NCBI RefSeq assembly: GCF_018977255.1
Contig: NW_024704742.1
Coordinates: 9,860,001-9,924,000 of the forward strand
Length of the DNA: 64,000 bases
Origin: Callorhinchus milii
Lineage: Eukaryota
Reading direction: 5' to 3'
Below, piece after piece: positions 52,105 through 64,000 of this stretch. How positions within the stretch are numbered: position 1 is the first letter of the stretch; each line of letters starts with the position of its first letter. The position numbers and the translations under genes are program-made. The notes beneath the pieces were generated by a model. It was not told the DNA's origin. It did not search any database and saw only the letters and a program-made list of their open reading frames with translations.

Positions 52105-52937
52105 TCAACAGTCACCGGGGGAGTTCCTCGGCGCAGTTTGCAGTTACCAAGTGCCACTGAACATCTAGTTGCAGTCCAGTTATTGCAGCACTCACAAACA
52201 ACAACAACAACTTATATTTGTGTGGGGCCCTTCACCTAGGATAACACAGTACAGGCCGATCAAGAGAGGAGCGGGAGGTGACTGGAACCGCAGTCAAGCT
52301 GGTAGGTTTTTAGAAAGATGGGAACAGGATTTTAGAAAGATGGGAACTGAGGGATGGAAGGAGGGAGTTTCAAAGGTCGGGGCAAAATAACAACAACAAT
52401 AATAGTCCTTGCATTTGATGTAGCGCCTTATCACATCTTCGAGACGTCTCAAAACACGTCACAAAATATACTGTAAGGTGAATTGACTGTATATTTTGTG
52501 GGCGAAACACGGCAGCCAATTGTGCACAGCAGTGTCCCACAAACAGTCGTGGATTGAGTGACCAAATTATTACTTATTATTTTTTCAAGGGATTATTACC
52601 CTTATATGTGAAGACTCAGCCACCAATGGTGGGGCAGGGTAGCACAGAAAGCCAAGCAGAGGGGGTGAGCAGAGTAGCCGGGTAGGCGAAGATCAGAGAG
52701 ATAAAGAGTTGCTGGAGCAAAGGGATTTGTGAGTAGGGTTGACCTTGAAATCGATCCAGGGACAGTGGAGATCTGAAATGAGCTCATAGTTCCCATTTAA
52801 GTGTCAGATGTTAAACCAGGAAATGTATTAACTTTTGTGCTTGCACTGTAGTTTCACAACAATAAAGGGATTATGAAGGAATGTTGGCAGGGGTGATTGG
52901 AATGAGATATTGCGCTTTGCAGATTGGATGGTTTTCA

Positions 52938-53293
52938 TTAATAATAATCCTTGCATTTGATATAGCACCTTATGTCTTTGAGATGACTCAAAGCGCTTCA
53001 CAGAATATACTGTAAAATGAATTAATTGACTGCATATTTGTGAGCGAAATCCAGCAGCCAATTGCGCACAGCAGCGTCCCACAAACAGCTGTAGATTGAA
53101 GGGACCAATTTATTATTATTTTTTTGAAGGAAAGGTGATCTGTCAATCGACTAGCAACCGGATTCCTATTTACTGCTAGGTAAACAGAAGCTTGTAGAGT
53201 AAAGAATCTTGCCTAACATTTCGCCCTACCGGGAATCGAACCCAGGTCTCACTTGCGAAGCGAGTGCACTGACCACTGAGCTATAAGACTCCA
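52938..53293 (-). mobile_element. Full-length tRNA-headed SINE (long form)
   Basis: Same family signature. An adjacent truncated copy lies at 52395-52602. Confidence 0.9.
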
Positions 53294-53584
53294 TAACGAA
53301 CAGCAGGCAGGTGGGGCAGAAGTCTGACATCAGTGTCAAACAAGGAAAGGGCAAGTACCAGTTCAATTTATCATCAACCCCTCCCCTCCCCCGAGCTACA
53401 CTTTCACAAGTGTTATCGTATACAGTCAGGGAAGGGAAAATAAAAAGAGAGCCCACTACTGGAGGAGAGGCTCTACTGGAGGAGAGGTTTTCAGCCTTTG
53501 GGCTCCATTCCAGTCTGTTCTGCCTTCCATACTTTTTAAATAACAATATTTTCCCACCCTCAGCAGCACAGCAGATTCCAAGAA

Positions 53585-55130
53585 TCACAAGATCATGGTT
53601 GATCTGGATGAAGAAGGTTGTTTGATCCATCTGATCTCATCCCTCCAGAACACCAGTCCCTGTACCAATCTGCTTTTTAAATGAGTCGCGTTCCTCTGAG
53701 TAAAGAAACATTTCCTGGTATCTGTCCTGAAATTGCCCTTTATAACTCTAAACCTGTGTCTTCTTGTTCTACTGTCATGATACATCCTAACATATTGATC
53801 TAGGTTTACCTTTTCAATATCATTTAAAATATTATACACCTTTATGAGGTTCCCTCTAAGTTGTCTACTCTCAAGGCTAAAGAGCCCTAACTTGTCTTGT
53901 CATTACTCATAGCTCATTCCTCTAACACTGGGGATAATTCTTGTTGCTCTTCTCTGCACTGCCTTCAGTGTGGACAGCCTCTTATATGGAGATGACCAGA
54001 ACTGTTTGAGGTATTTAAGGTGCAGTCTGACAAGGGCTCTGTACAGCCAGATGTCTGGGGATCTAAACAACTGATTTAGCAATGTAGCCCAGCATCGTGT
54101 TTGTCTTGTTTATTGCTACCTCATGAGTGAGCAACAAGTCAACTAACACCTCTCGATGTGGAGTCCTGAGTTCAGTGATTAGAGCACTCGCCTCGCAAGC
54201 AGGCAAGTTTCCTTACTCCAAATGCCTCTGTTTACCTAGCAGTAAGTAGAAGCCGGTTGTGAGTCGATTGGCGGATTGCTTTTATAGTGGTAATAATCCT
54301 TTCAAAATAAAATAATAATAAATTGGTCACTTCAATCCACGACTGTTTGTGGGGTACGACTGTGCGCAATTGGCTGCCGTATTTCACCCACAAAAATATA
54401 CAGTCAATTCACTTTACAGCATATTCTGTGATGTGAAGTGCTTTGCGATGTCTTTAAGACGTGATAGGTGCTGTATCAAATGCAAGGATTATAATTATTA
54501 TATCTCTTTCAGCTTCCCTCTGGCAAATTCAATCCCATCCATGGATTACTTGTGATTCCTATTCTCGGACCTTATATGTAGTACCCTTGCTTTTATCTTA
54601 TATGTAGTACCCTTAATTTGCCAGCTATCAGACCATGTGCAAACCCAATCAAACGACTGTATCTGCTGATTCCACAGCTGGTGTTCCAACCTTTTATCAG
54701 CTGTAAATGTAACTATCTTACACCTGGTCTGCAAATCCGTCTTATTAAAATACGTGAGGAACAAGAGGGGTCCCAGTGGAGACCCCCTTAGTATCTCTCC
54801 CCATTTTCACCTAAGTCTACTAACAAAGATCCTTTGCTTCTTTCCCTTGAGCCGATTCTGAATCCACATCAATGATCCCCAGTGACTACAGTTTGTGGAG
54901 GAGAATTGATGAAGTAATTTGACAAATGATTTTTGGAAGTCCAGATACGCTACATCATATGACTTCCCACAGTCAATTTGGGCTGTCACCTCCTCAGAAA
55001 AGTCAATCAGGCAATTACGTTGGTCAGGCAAGACCTACCCTTTCTGAACCAACCCATGTTGGCTGTCAATTATTAGGTTATTTTTACACAGATAAATATC
55101 TTCCACTTGGTTTCTGATGATCGACTCCAA
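53585..55130 (-). mobile_element. Degraded CR1 LINE (RT region to 3' end) containing a plus-strand SINE at 54159-54500
   Basis: LIDFSEEVTAQIDCGKSYDVAYLDFQKSF, WSDSWQIK and RTRRHRFRVIKGNFRTDTRKCFFTQR motifs. Confidence 0.88.
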
Positions 55131-55331
55131 TAATGCATTCAGAAAAACATTAACCATTACTTCCTTTCATTTAACAAAGGGAGGTGTGTGTGTGTTTGTG
55201 GCTGTGTGTGGTGGAGAGGAGGAAGGGGTGCGGCATTAACCCTAAGAATGTCAATGTCGTATTTACAGATTAGGTGTTGAATCCTGTGCAACACTTTGAG
55301 ACGCCCTCTTGGTGTGAAAGGCTCTATATCA

Positions 55332-55535
<204 letters not shown>

Positions 55536-56067
55536 CTATGAACAGAACTGAAGTTACAGCCTCTATCAAGATAGCGTGCTATACGACGATGCCACAGTAG
55601 AGATATCTTACAGGGCAAGATGTTAACATGAAGCCCCAATCAACATTTTCAAATTAAACCCATTTCCCACAAAAACAGCATACATTTCAAATGAGCCTGT
55701 TCAGGTGAATGTTATGACACTATTCAAATATGAGGAGGGAGTTCTTTCCAGTGTCTTGGCCAACAATTCTCCACATTAATAGATAAACAAAAGGCAAAGT
55801 AATAGGTTTGTTCATTAATAAATTATTCATCTGATTGGCTACTTGTGGGAACTTGCTTGGCCCAAATGTTTGGATCAAAAACAATCACTTTGCAGTAACT
55901 ACAAAAAACAATTTGCATTTATATAGCGCCATAGAAAAACTACACATAGAAAAACATCTTGCAATGGTTAGATCAGTAAAGGAAAATGGAGAGGAAGAGG
56001 TGATCATCAGCGTGGTTGAGGTTTGAACTGGGACTTAAGGACAGAGAGAGAAGCAGGGGCATACTGT

Positions 56068-56430
56068 GGAGTCCAATAGTGTTGTGGTTAGATCACTTGA
56101 CTTGCAAGCGAGAAGACCTGGGTTCAATTCCCAGGGGGCGCAAAACCTTAGGCCAGTTTCCTTATTTCACACGCCTGTTTACCTGGCAGTAATTAGTTCG
56201 ATCAGCGGGTCATTTCTGGGGGTAATAATCCCTCCCAAAAAAATGCTGTTGCTCAAACCGCAATTGTTTGTGGGACACTGCTGTGCACAATTGGCTGCCG
56301 AGTTTTACCCACAAAAAATACAGTCAATCCACTTTACTGTACACTCTGTGAAGTGCTTTGAGATGTCTCAATGGTGTGATGAGGTACCATATCAAAAACA
56401 AGGATTATTATTGTTATTATAGTATTATAA
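56068..56430 (+). mobile_element. Full-length tRNA-headed SINE
   Basis: Family head, core and tail, diverged. Confidence 0.85.
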
Positions 56431-57632
56431 ATTACCTACACTTAAACCACAGGGTTTAAGACATTCAGACTGGTAGTGGCAGCTATGTTTTTCTTCACCT
56501 CCACACTTAAAGATCCAGGCATAAGTTGAAATGCACAGACAATACTTTTCCCCTCATTCAATTCCATCAAAAAAAACAAATTAGTTGTTAGATGTAGATT
56601 AAGTGCCGTGTTTGCATACACAAGTCTCAATACTTCAAAGCAACTCATTGGTCAATGCTTTGTGATAATAAGGCTCTTTCTTCCTAAATATCTTTGTATC
56701 TATAGCTTTGTCTGTCGAGCTGTCTCAAACACTTGACAATCAATCCAATTAGACACCACAAAAAGCTTCAGATTAAACAGCGTGTCAATGAAATAAAACA
56801 ACAAAGGCTGGTGTTATATTGGCATTCTGTCAGAAATAGTCAGTGACATGTCTATTAAACATTACATCACACTACTGAGTCTGCAACCAATTATTCCTCC
56901 ACTCTGCTACCTGAAACTGGAATTACTAACCACAGAATTCTGCTTCCACTAAGTGATCACTTTTTGGGGGGGTGGGGGAAACAACAAGAAGTTCATTAAA
57001 TAATAATAATAATTCTTGCATTTGATATAGTGCCTTATCACATCTTTGAGACGTCTCAAAGCTCTTCACAGAATATACAGTTAAGTGAATTGACTGTATA
57101 TTTTGTGGGCACAACGCTGCAGCCAATTGTACACAGCACAAACATTCGTGGTTTGAGTGACCAAATTTTATTTTTTTTAGATATCAAACTTATTATAGAT
57201 GTGCTTCATGCTGTTACTTGGGGTGCATGTCAAATGCCCAGGGAAAAACAGACCATACCATAGCAGCAGGCTAAGTAATATCAGTCTCACAGGTGTCTGA
57301 ACAGAGAGGTGCTTCCACAGCAACAGCAAGTGAGAGACAGAGAGAGAGAGATGCTCAGACATAAGCACAGTCAATAAAGCAAGTCTAGTCCTTTTTGATA
57401 ATGCCTGTTCAGAAATCTCCCTTCTCCAGGCCCCAGCCCCCATGTGCAGTGGAGCAGGGTTTAATCATCCCACCTGCCATTCCTGCCCCCAAATTATCAG
57501 TTATCTTGCAATCTCGCAGGAAAACGCCCGTTCTTTTAAAATGCATTCAGCATTATCAAGCAAGATAATAATGAGTGAGTGTCACCAGGGTGAGAAGGAT
57601 CAAATGCGAAACGAGAAGGTATATACACTTAC

Positions 57633-57713
57633 CTAAGGGACTGGTCCAAGGTCATTCCTGTGAAGTCAAAGTATCTGAGGTATTCTTCAGCCACCAGCCT
57701 GCTGAATTCATTA
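57633..57713 (-). CDS. PSD3: PSD3 exon (81 nt), Sec7 domain: NEFSRLVAEEYLRYFDFTGMTLDQSL(R)
   Basis: tctcccacag acceptor and gtaagt donor. Typical Sec7 motif FDFTGMTLDQSLR. Phases match both neighbours. Confidence 0.96.
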
Positions 57714-57829
57714 CTGTGGGAGAAAGCAGACACCATCATACGTGGGGGAAAAAACACCTGAGCTGCCATTATTGACTGCACAGATAAGTACTGTAATCTG
57801 TTCTCAATCAACAACAACAAAATGCATTC

Positions 57830-58240
57830 ATAAGAGAAGGTTACGGGGAGATTGAGAAGTTTAAGGGGAGATTTAATAGAAGTGTTCAAAATTACAAGGG
57901 ATTTTGATAGAGTAGATAGGGAGACACTGTTTCCACTGGTGGGTGGGTCAGTAACCTTGATTTAAGATAATTGGCAAAAGAACTAGAGGGGAGATGAAGA
58001 GACTTTTTTTTATATATATTAAACAGAGTTGTTATGGTTTGGAATGCACTGCCAGAAAGGGTGGGGAAATAGATTCAATAACAACTTTCAAAAGGGGATT
58101 ACATAGGTACTTGAAAAGGAAACATTTGTAGGGGTATGAGGAAAGAGCGGAGGAAGTGGGACTGATTGGGTGGCTCTTCCAAAGAGCCAGACATGATGGA
58201 CCGAATGGCCTCCTCCTGTGCCGTAATATTCTATGATTTT
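57830..58240 (+). mobile_element. CR1 3' fragment
   Basis: aggggagatttaatagaagtgttcaaaatt...atggaccgaatggcctcctcctgtgccgtaatattctatgatt; same family as 47737-48110. Confidence 0.9.
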
Positions 58241-59369
58241 ATATACCGCCCTCACATCCGAAAGTACTGGACAGTCGAGAGTAAGTATCCGAGCTGGGGT
58301 TTGGATTCGGGATGCCTGGGGAAGCTGACCAAAGACACAATCTTCCATTGCTGTTACTCTGACATTTACTGAAGAGGATAATAAGCTTTTACAAAATAGG
58401 CTGCAGCTGATCAAAAGGTCCGCAGCCTGCATCCTCTCTCCAGGCTCCACTGGCTCCCAGCAGATGGGATCAAGATCCTCAGGGACCAATAAATCCCTTC
58501 ATGCCCTATCACCTCTTCATCGTACTCTTGTCCCACTCCTCTGTCAGAAGCTCTGCATGCTTAACTCCCACCCCAGCAATGTAAAACACTCAGAAGACAT
58601 TACCCAAGTGAAGGGTGCTATATAAATGAAAGTTGTTATTGCAGTCTTATATAGCAACAATCTGTAAGATAATAAACCAAACAGCCCAGACATTGACCGT
58701 GACCCTACATTTAACATCCACGCTACAAAGCTTTTGATCACATCAGTGATGCTTTATGTCAAAGTTACTATGTCAAGCCTCCTGCTACCCAATAACCGGT
58801 TAGGTTTCTCTTTTAAAAAATGAATTGAAATCATAAATAGAATTAAAAATAAATCACAAAGACAGCAACTTTCATTCCCCTTCCTACGAGAATGTACGCC
58901 TGGTTTCAATTAGAAGGATTTTCAAGGCTGCAGAGACACAAACAGTGTTTAATAAAAATACAAATATTGGCTCTGGGTCTGTGAAATGCCCTTTGCAGTT
59001 TTAGCTGCAATGAATGAAGGATGATTTACAAATGCCAGCGACATAACTCCACAGTGCTTCAAAGAGCAGGAAAGAGTACAAGTTCAGGAGTGTGGAAGGC
59101 TAGAGAGGAATTATGCTGGTCTTTCTCATGAAAGGAAAGTTCATCTAAGGAAAGATTTGGAGAATTTGCCTCTAGCAAGGGATAGAGTGAGCATTGCAGC
59201 GGATCACAAGGCTTGGTGCAGAAGTGAAAATGGCTCATGGGGTCAGGACCAATTGAGCTAAGCTCCCAAAATTGTATTCAGAACTCCTCTGTACAGAGCT
59301 GCCTTTGTACAACGTGAATGCCCCCGTTTCAGGCTCTTTAGCTGAAACATTTAACAGAACATAGGAACA

Positions 59370-59690
59370 ATAATAACAAAATTACATTTGTAAAGCGCCT
59401 TTCGTGTCGGGAGGACATCCCAAGGCGCTGAATACTCAGGGATCAGGACCCGAGCATGGCGGAGCAAGATTGGGAAGAGGGAGGACAGAGGAGTAGGAGG
59501 ACGGCTGAAGGCACGGTCAAAGAGGGTCTTGAGATGTGCCTTGAAAGAGGCAAGAGAGGGAGCAAGGCGAAGGGATGGAGTTCCAAACGGTGGGGTCAGA
59601 AAGGGTGAAAGCCCGCCACCGATGGTGGGGCAGTGGGGAGGGAGACATGGAGCAGGCTGAAGCCTGCTGAATGGAGGGAGTGGACATAAC
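59370..59690 (-). mobile_element. L2 3' fragment (tail A)
   Basis: PTIGG...LRLAPSLASFKAHLKTLFDRAF, followed by the reverse-strand tail. Confidence 0.85.
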
Positions 59691-60439
59691 TCTTTGATCT
59701 GGACGTTTTGGGATGTAATTTTCAGTATGTAGCAGGGAATCTGGTTCATACAAATGAGGACCCAATTCCACAAACCAGAAATACAAGGGAACTCCACACT
59801 GACATGATATATTGCCAAAACAGAGTTCCGTGTGGGCCAAAGGGAATTTTAATGGCATTCATTATCGTGACCAGGGGATAAACCCTGTGCTGCCTTTAAT
59901 GGTTATTGCCGCTCAACCTACGTGTAAAGGAGCGTATTGTTTTTTTGTTTGTGTAACTCGGTAAAAGAGTGCCTCAATCAAGGAAGCTCACGAGGGCTCG
60001 GCTCCAATCACGCTTGTTTGGAGTTCCAGCCCTAAGAGCTAATTGGCCACCAGCCAACAACAAATGACATTTGTATAGCACCTTTCACGTCAGGAGGACA
60101 TCCCAAGGCACTGGACAGTCAGGGATCCGCAAGCTATTGAGCACCAGTATAAAGCTGGGGACTAGTGTTGAGAAGTCTGGAGACGACGTACGTAAAAAGA
60201 TAGCGCCTTCTTTCTTTTTATTGTTAAAACCGTGTGCAAGTTTTCTTTTCCGAGCATGACCCACATCCTCCTGCACTTATAAAGAAATCTTGTTAAAAAA
60301 ACACCACAAATTTGATTCCTTTGGTCTTGTGGTTGCCTGTGAATCATGGGAGGTGTTTAAAGGGAAGTAATCACTTGAGGACTCGCTGTTTTAAACAAGA
60401 TAGTAACTTGGCGGAGACTGACAATGTGCCGGGGGAGAG

Positions 60440-60985
60440 GGAGGGGGAGGTGACGGTAAGCACAATCAAAAAGGAAGGTGTTTAAGCGGGATTTGAAGGT
60501 GGGGAGGGAGGGGGCAAGGCAGAGGAATTAAAGAAGAGAGTTCCAGAGTTTTGGGGCATAGTGGCTGAAGGCACTGGAGCAGAGGGCACAGGGGAGAAAC
60601 AGGAGGCCGGAGCCAGCTGAGCAGAGGCAGTGGGTGGTAGAGTGTGGGGGGTAAGCAGGTGGGAGAGGCAGGGAGGTGCGAGGGCATGAAAGGATTTGAA
60701 AACGAATGAGAGGATCTTGAAGTCGATCTGTTCAGTAATTGGGAGCCAGTGGAGCCTGTCAAGGACTGTGTGATGGGGGAAACAGAGTTTTGTGGTATCC
60801 GGGTGGTGGAGTTCTGAATTAATTGTATTTTGTGTATGGTGGAACTAAGGAGACCAGTGAGGAGGGCATTGGAATAGCCCAGGCGTGAAGTGACAATGGC
60901 GTGCGTGGACGAGGGTTTCAGCTGCTGTGGGTGTGAGGTACGGACAGAGGCGGGCAATGTGGTCGAGGTGGCTACAGGACTGAGA
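60440..60985 (-). mobile_element. L2 fragment starting ~25 nt downstream of the 195-nt exon donor
   Basis: HAIVTSRLGYSNALLTGL..STIHKIQLIQNS. Confidence 0.85.
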
Positions 60986-61010
60986 AGATCACTCGGCCGT
61001 GTGGACTCAC

Positions 61011-61205
61011 TTCTTTCCCAAGTGCCGAGCAACATCCGACCTCTTGAATCCCTCGAGATTGTACAGCCGCTTGGCCAGCCTCCGAGCTGCCTCCAGGTCA
61101 CTCTTGTGTCCATTGCTGACCGCTTCGCTGCTGTGCTGCTCCAGCTGCTCTGTGCTGCCCATTTCAAACTCAACTCTCGGAAACACGTCCCTCAGGCCAC
61201 CATCG
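61011..61205 (-). CDS. PSD3: PSD3/EFA6D exon (195 nt), start of Sec7 region: DGGLRDVFPRVEFEMGSTEQLEQHSSEAVSNGHKSDLEAARRLAKRLYNLEGFKRSDVARHLGK(N)
   Basis: Pyrimidine tract ttttgtctccttgtggtag acceptor and gtgagt donor. EMGSTE...AARRLAKRLY.L..FKRSDVA.HLGKN is the EFA6-family signature. The phase-2 end joins the next exon (AA|T = Asn). Confidence 0.93.
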
Positions 61206-63211
61206 CTACCACAAGGAGACAAAAGTGAAACGTCAATTTCCAAAGTCACGTTTTGAACGCTCAAAGAACGGCTTTGTTTCACCACTTCAACTAAAAAAAT
61301 ATAATAATGATAAGTAAATAAATAATCCTGGCATTTGATATAGCGCCTTATCATGTCTTTGAGACGTCTCAAAACACTTCACAGTATTGACTGAGGAGAG
61401 AAAAGAGTGGAGCAGAAAACTGCAGGCTTGTTTTGCGTTACTCAGCTCACAGGCCCATGACTCGGCTACAATACATACAGTCACATCTCACCGTCACCTC
61501 ACTGACTCTAATTCAATTATCAATTAATTAAGAAGACTGGGAGTTTAGGCACCTGACGCGCTGCTACCAAATGAGCCAAACTGACTCCTTGTTTCACCCA
61601 GTCACTCCACTTTGCAGTACATACCGTGAAGCCCTTTGAGGTGTCTTGACAACGTGATAAATGGGGACATTCGTCACCTCAAATTCTGAATTTATAGTTA
61701 AAACAACTAATAACCCTTGCATTTGATGTAGTACCTTCCACATCCAGAGAGCGTCTCAAAGCGCTTCACAGGATAGTGACTGTGTATTGTTTGGTCGTCA
61801 AAATATTGGTTTAAAAAAACAAGCTGTGTTAACATTCCAAAAAAACAGTTGTTACGAGAAGGGTTAACAATGCAAGTTAAACACCCATAAAACACGCCAT
61901 TAAAGAAATAAATCCCCGAAACATTTCTAAAGCTTTGGAACGTCACAGTTGAGTAGGTCCAAAAGAAATTAATTATACATCAATAACATTTTCAGCTGGT
62001 ATAACAAAGTGTAGTGTGTGCAAGTGCCAGTGGGTTGAAAAGGAACACTATTGCTTTCATGGAGGCTTTATATAATACTTCAAAGTCACGTCTTCTAATA
62101 ACATTTGTTGCTGCTGCGAATACAGAAAAGATAACGCTTGCCAAAATCCAGCTACACAGGTCTAATTTCCTTGGAACTTACAAAGTTGCAACATTTTCTC
62201 TTAGCTCTGAACTTGAATCAGTGTTAAATTCGCCAAATACAGTGCAATCATTGCCCCTCAACCCCCCCAAAAAATTGGCACTCACCCACACTACAGAGAT
62301 TGCTTAAATACACAGTATACATTCAGTTCATTGTAAAATTTTGTGAGGCACTTTGAGATATCTTGACAATGTGATAAGGTGTTGTATCGAATGCACCAAT
62401 TATAATAATAATCTTTCCATTTGATTCAGCTCTTTCAGTCGGGAAGATGTCCCAAAATGCTTCACAGGATATACTATACAGGATATAGTGGAGAGGATAT
62501 GTGTTTAGTGGGCAAACACAGCAGTCACTTTGTGCACAGGAATGTCCCACAAACAGTCATTACCACACAAAAGTGAGTGACCAATTTTATTTGAGGGATT
62601 GTAGGCTAGACACCCAGAGAAACTCCCTTCTCTTTTCCAAGAGCCGTGGGATCTTCAATGTCCACTTGAACAAGCAGTAGGGCCTCGATTTAACTTTGCA
62701 TCTGAAGGACGGCTCCTCCAACAATGCAGTACACTCCCAGCACCGCATTGGAGTGTCAGCTTAGACTATCTGAGTTCCAAGTCCCGATGTGGAGGCTTGA
62801 ACCCACACCTTTCTGACTCAGGAGGATAGAATTCTACCAACTGAGCCGGACTGAGGCATTATACTAATATGAACCCGCAAGGCACCTTGGAGCCGTCAGC
62901 AACTGGAAATTTAAACAATGGATAAAACATGCAGCAAGTTCAAGAGGGATTTCTTGAAGAGGAAATGATTAGGTGGGGGGGGGGGGGGGAGAGTCCAATT
63001 AGGAGATGGATTTACATCATGTGTCATTCTGAATCATGAGAACTCCCATGCCAAATGTAGACCAAAATGGAGCAGCATTCTCATAGCATAATGTACTATG
63101 ATCCTGATCAAGAAATTCCATCAGAAAATGTCCTATGTTAGACCCCAATGGCTAACATTGGAACGCTCTCCTAATGTGAAAGGTGCTATATCACTGTAAA
63201 ATATATATTAA

Positions 63212-63372
63212 CAATAATAATCCCAGCATTTGATATAGCACCTTATCACAACTTCGAGACGTCTCAAAGTCTTCACAAAATATACTGTAAAGTGAATTGA
63301 CTATATTTTGTGGGCGAAATGTGGCAGCCAATTGCACACAGCAATGTCCCACAAACAGTATTGTATTGAAAT
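63212..63372 (-). mobile_element. SINE 3' half
   Basis: Deu core and tail of the main family. Further fragments at 61320-61390 and 63963-64000. Confidence 0.85.
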
Positions 63373-64000
63373 TATAAGTTTATTTATTGGGTGAATTGAG
63401 ATTGAAAACGCGTCTCAATGAAAGGGAAAAGGCTTTTTCTCCAACACCGATCAACCCTTTATCGAAAGGACAAACAAATCAGAGGTGGAGCTGGGCATCA
63501 GAACACCCTGAACATAATGCAGTTGTTAAGAGGAAGGAAATCAAAAAGGAACAGAAAATTGAAGGAGCCAAATACCATTTTTTTTTAAGAACAGGAAAGC
63601 GAGGGCAATTTACAAGAAAATCAATCTGGCCCAACCTCAATTACATAAAACGAAAATACCAGCAAGATTTAGGATTTACTTATTAAAAAGGGAATTTGTT
63701 ACTTATTTCTAAAAATATGGAAGTGGTAGCACCGGCGATGTGCTTGCTTGACAATGAGTCATAAAAACAAGTGGGTAAGACTTCCTCAAAGGGATATAAC
63801 ATAATCAAAAGCTTGATTATTTTAGGCAGCTCATGCGTTTTGGGGTTAGAATTGTGGAGACCATTTTAACCAATAAAAAGGATGTTTGAGGTACAGGCTG
63901 TCTTTGTATTAATCACCTCATTGGAGCGCAGATTTGTTTTGAACATAGACCTGCGAATAGAACAATAATAATCCGTGCATTTGATATAGCGCCTTATCAA

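Noticed and set aside
60466..61372. Long ORFs (235 aa and 121 aa) overlapping the 195-nt exon
   Set aside because: They are read-through of exon frames into flanking SINE and L2 sequence. Only 61011-61205 is bounded by splice sites.

Overview
Eukaryotic vertebrate genomic DNA, most likely from a cartilaginous fish (possibly a chimaera); this is inferred only from the repeat landscape. The whole window lies inside one minus-strand gene, the ARF6 GEF PSD3/EFA6D. Seven short GT-AG exons (195, 81, 113, 59, 90, 44 and 194 nt) join in frame and encode the Sec7 domain, including the FxLxGETQE glutamate finger, and the start of the PH domain. The gene continues beyond both window ends. The 24-kb intron holds a nearly repeat-free island with a CCAAT/TATA/Inr arrangement and a 56-codon alternative first coding exon (MIGVNS...). 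This exon can splice in phase to the 44-nt exon, predicting a Sec7-less short isoform, and it is bracketed by a 62-bp direct repeat. The introns are otherwise filled with roughly 50 tRNA-headed DeuSINE-like copies (a young subfamily carries the same 3' tail as the local L2), L2 and CR1 LINE fragments, palindromic MITE-like elements and Penelope-like ends with a decayed hammerhead core. Almost all ORFs in the supplied track are repeat-derived or chance. Repeat boundaries are approximate and only representative copies are listed.
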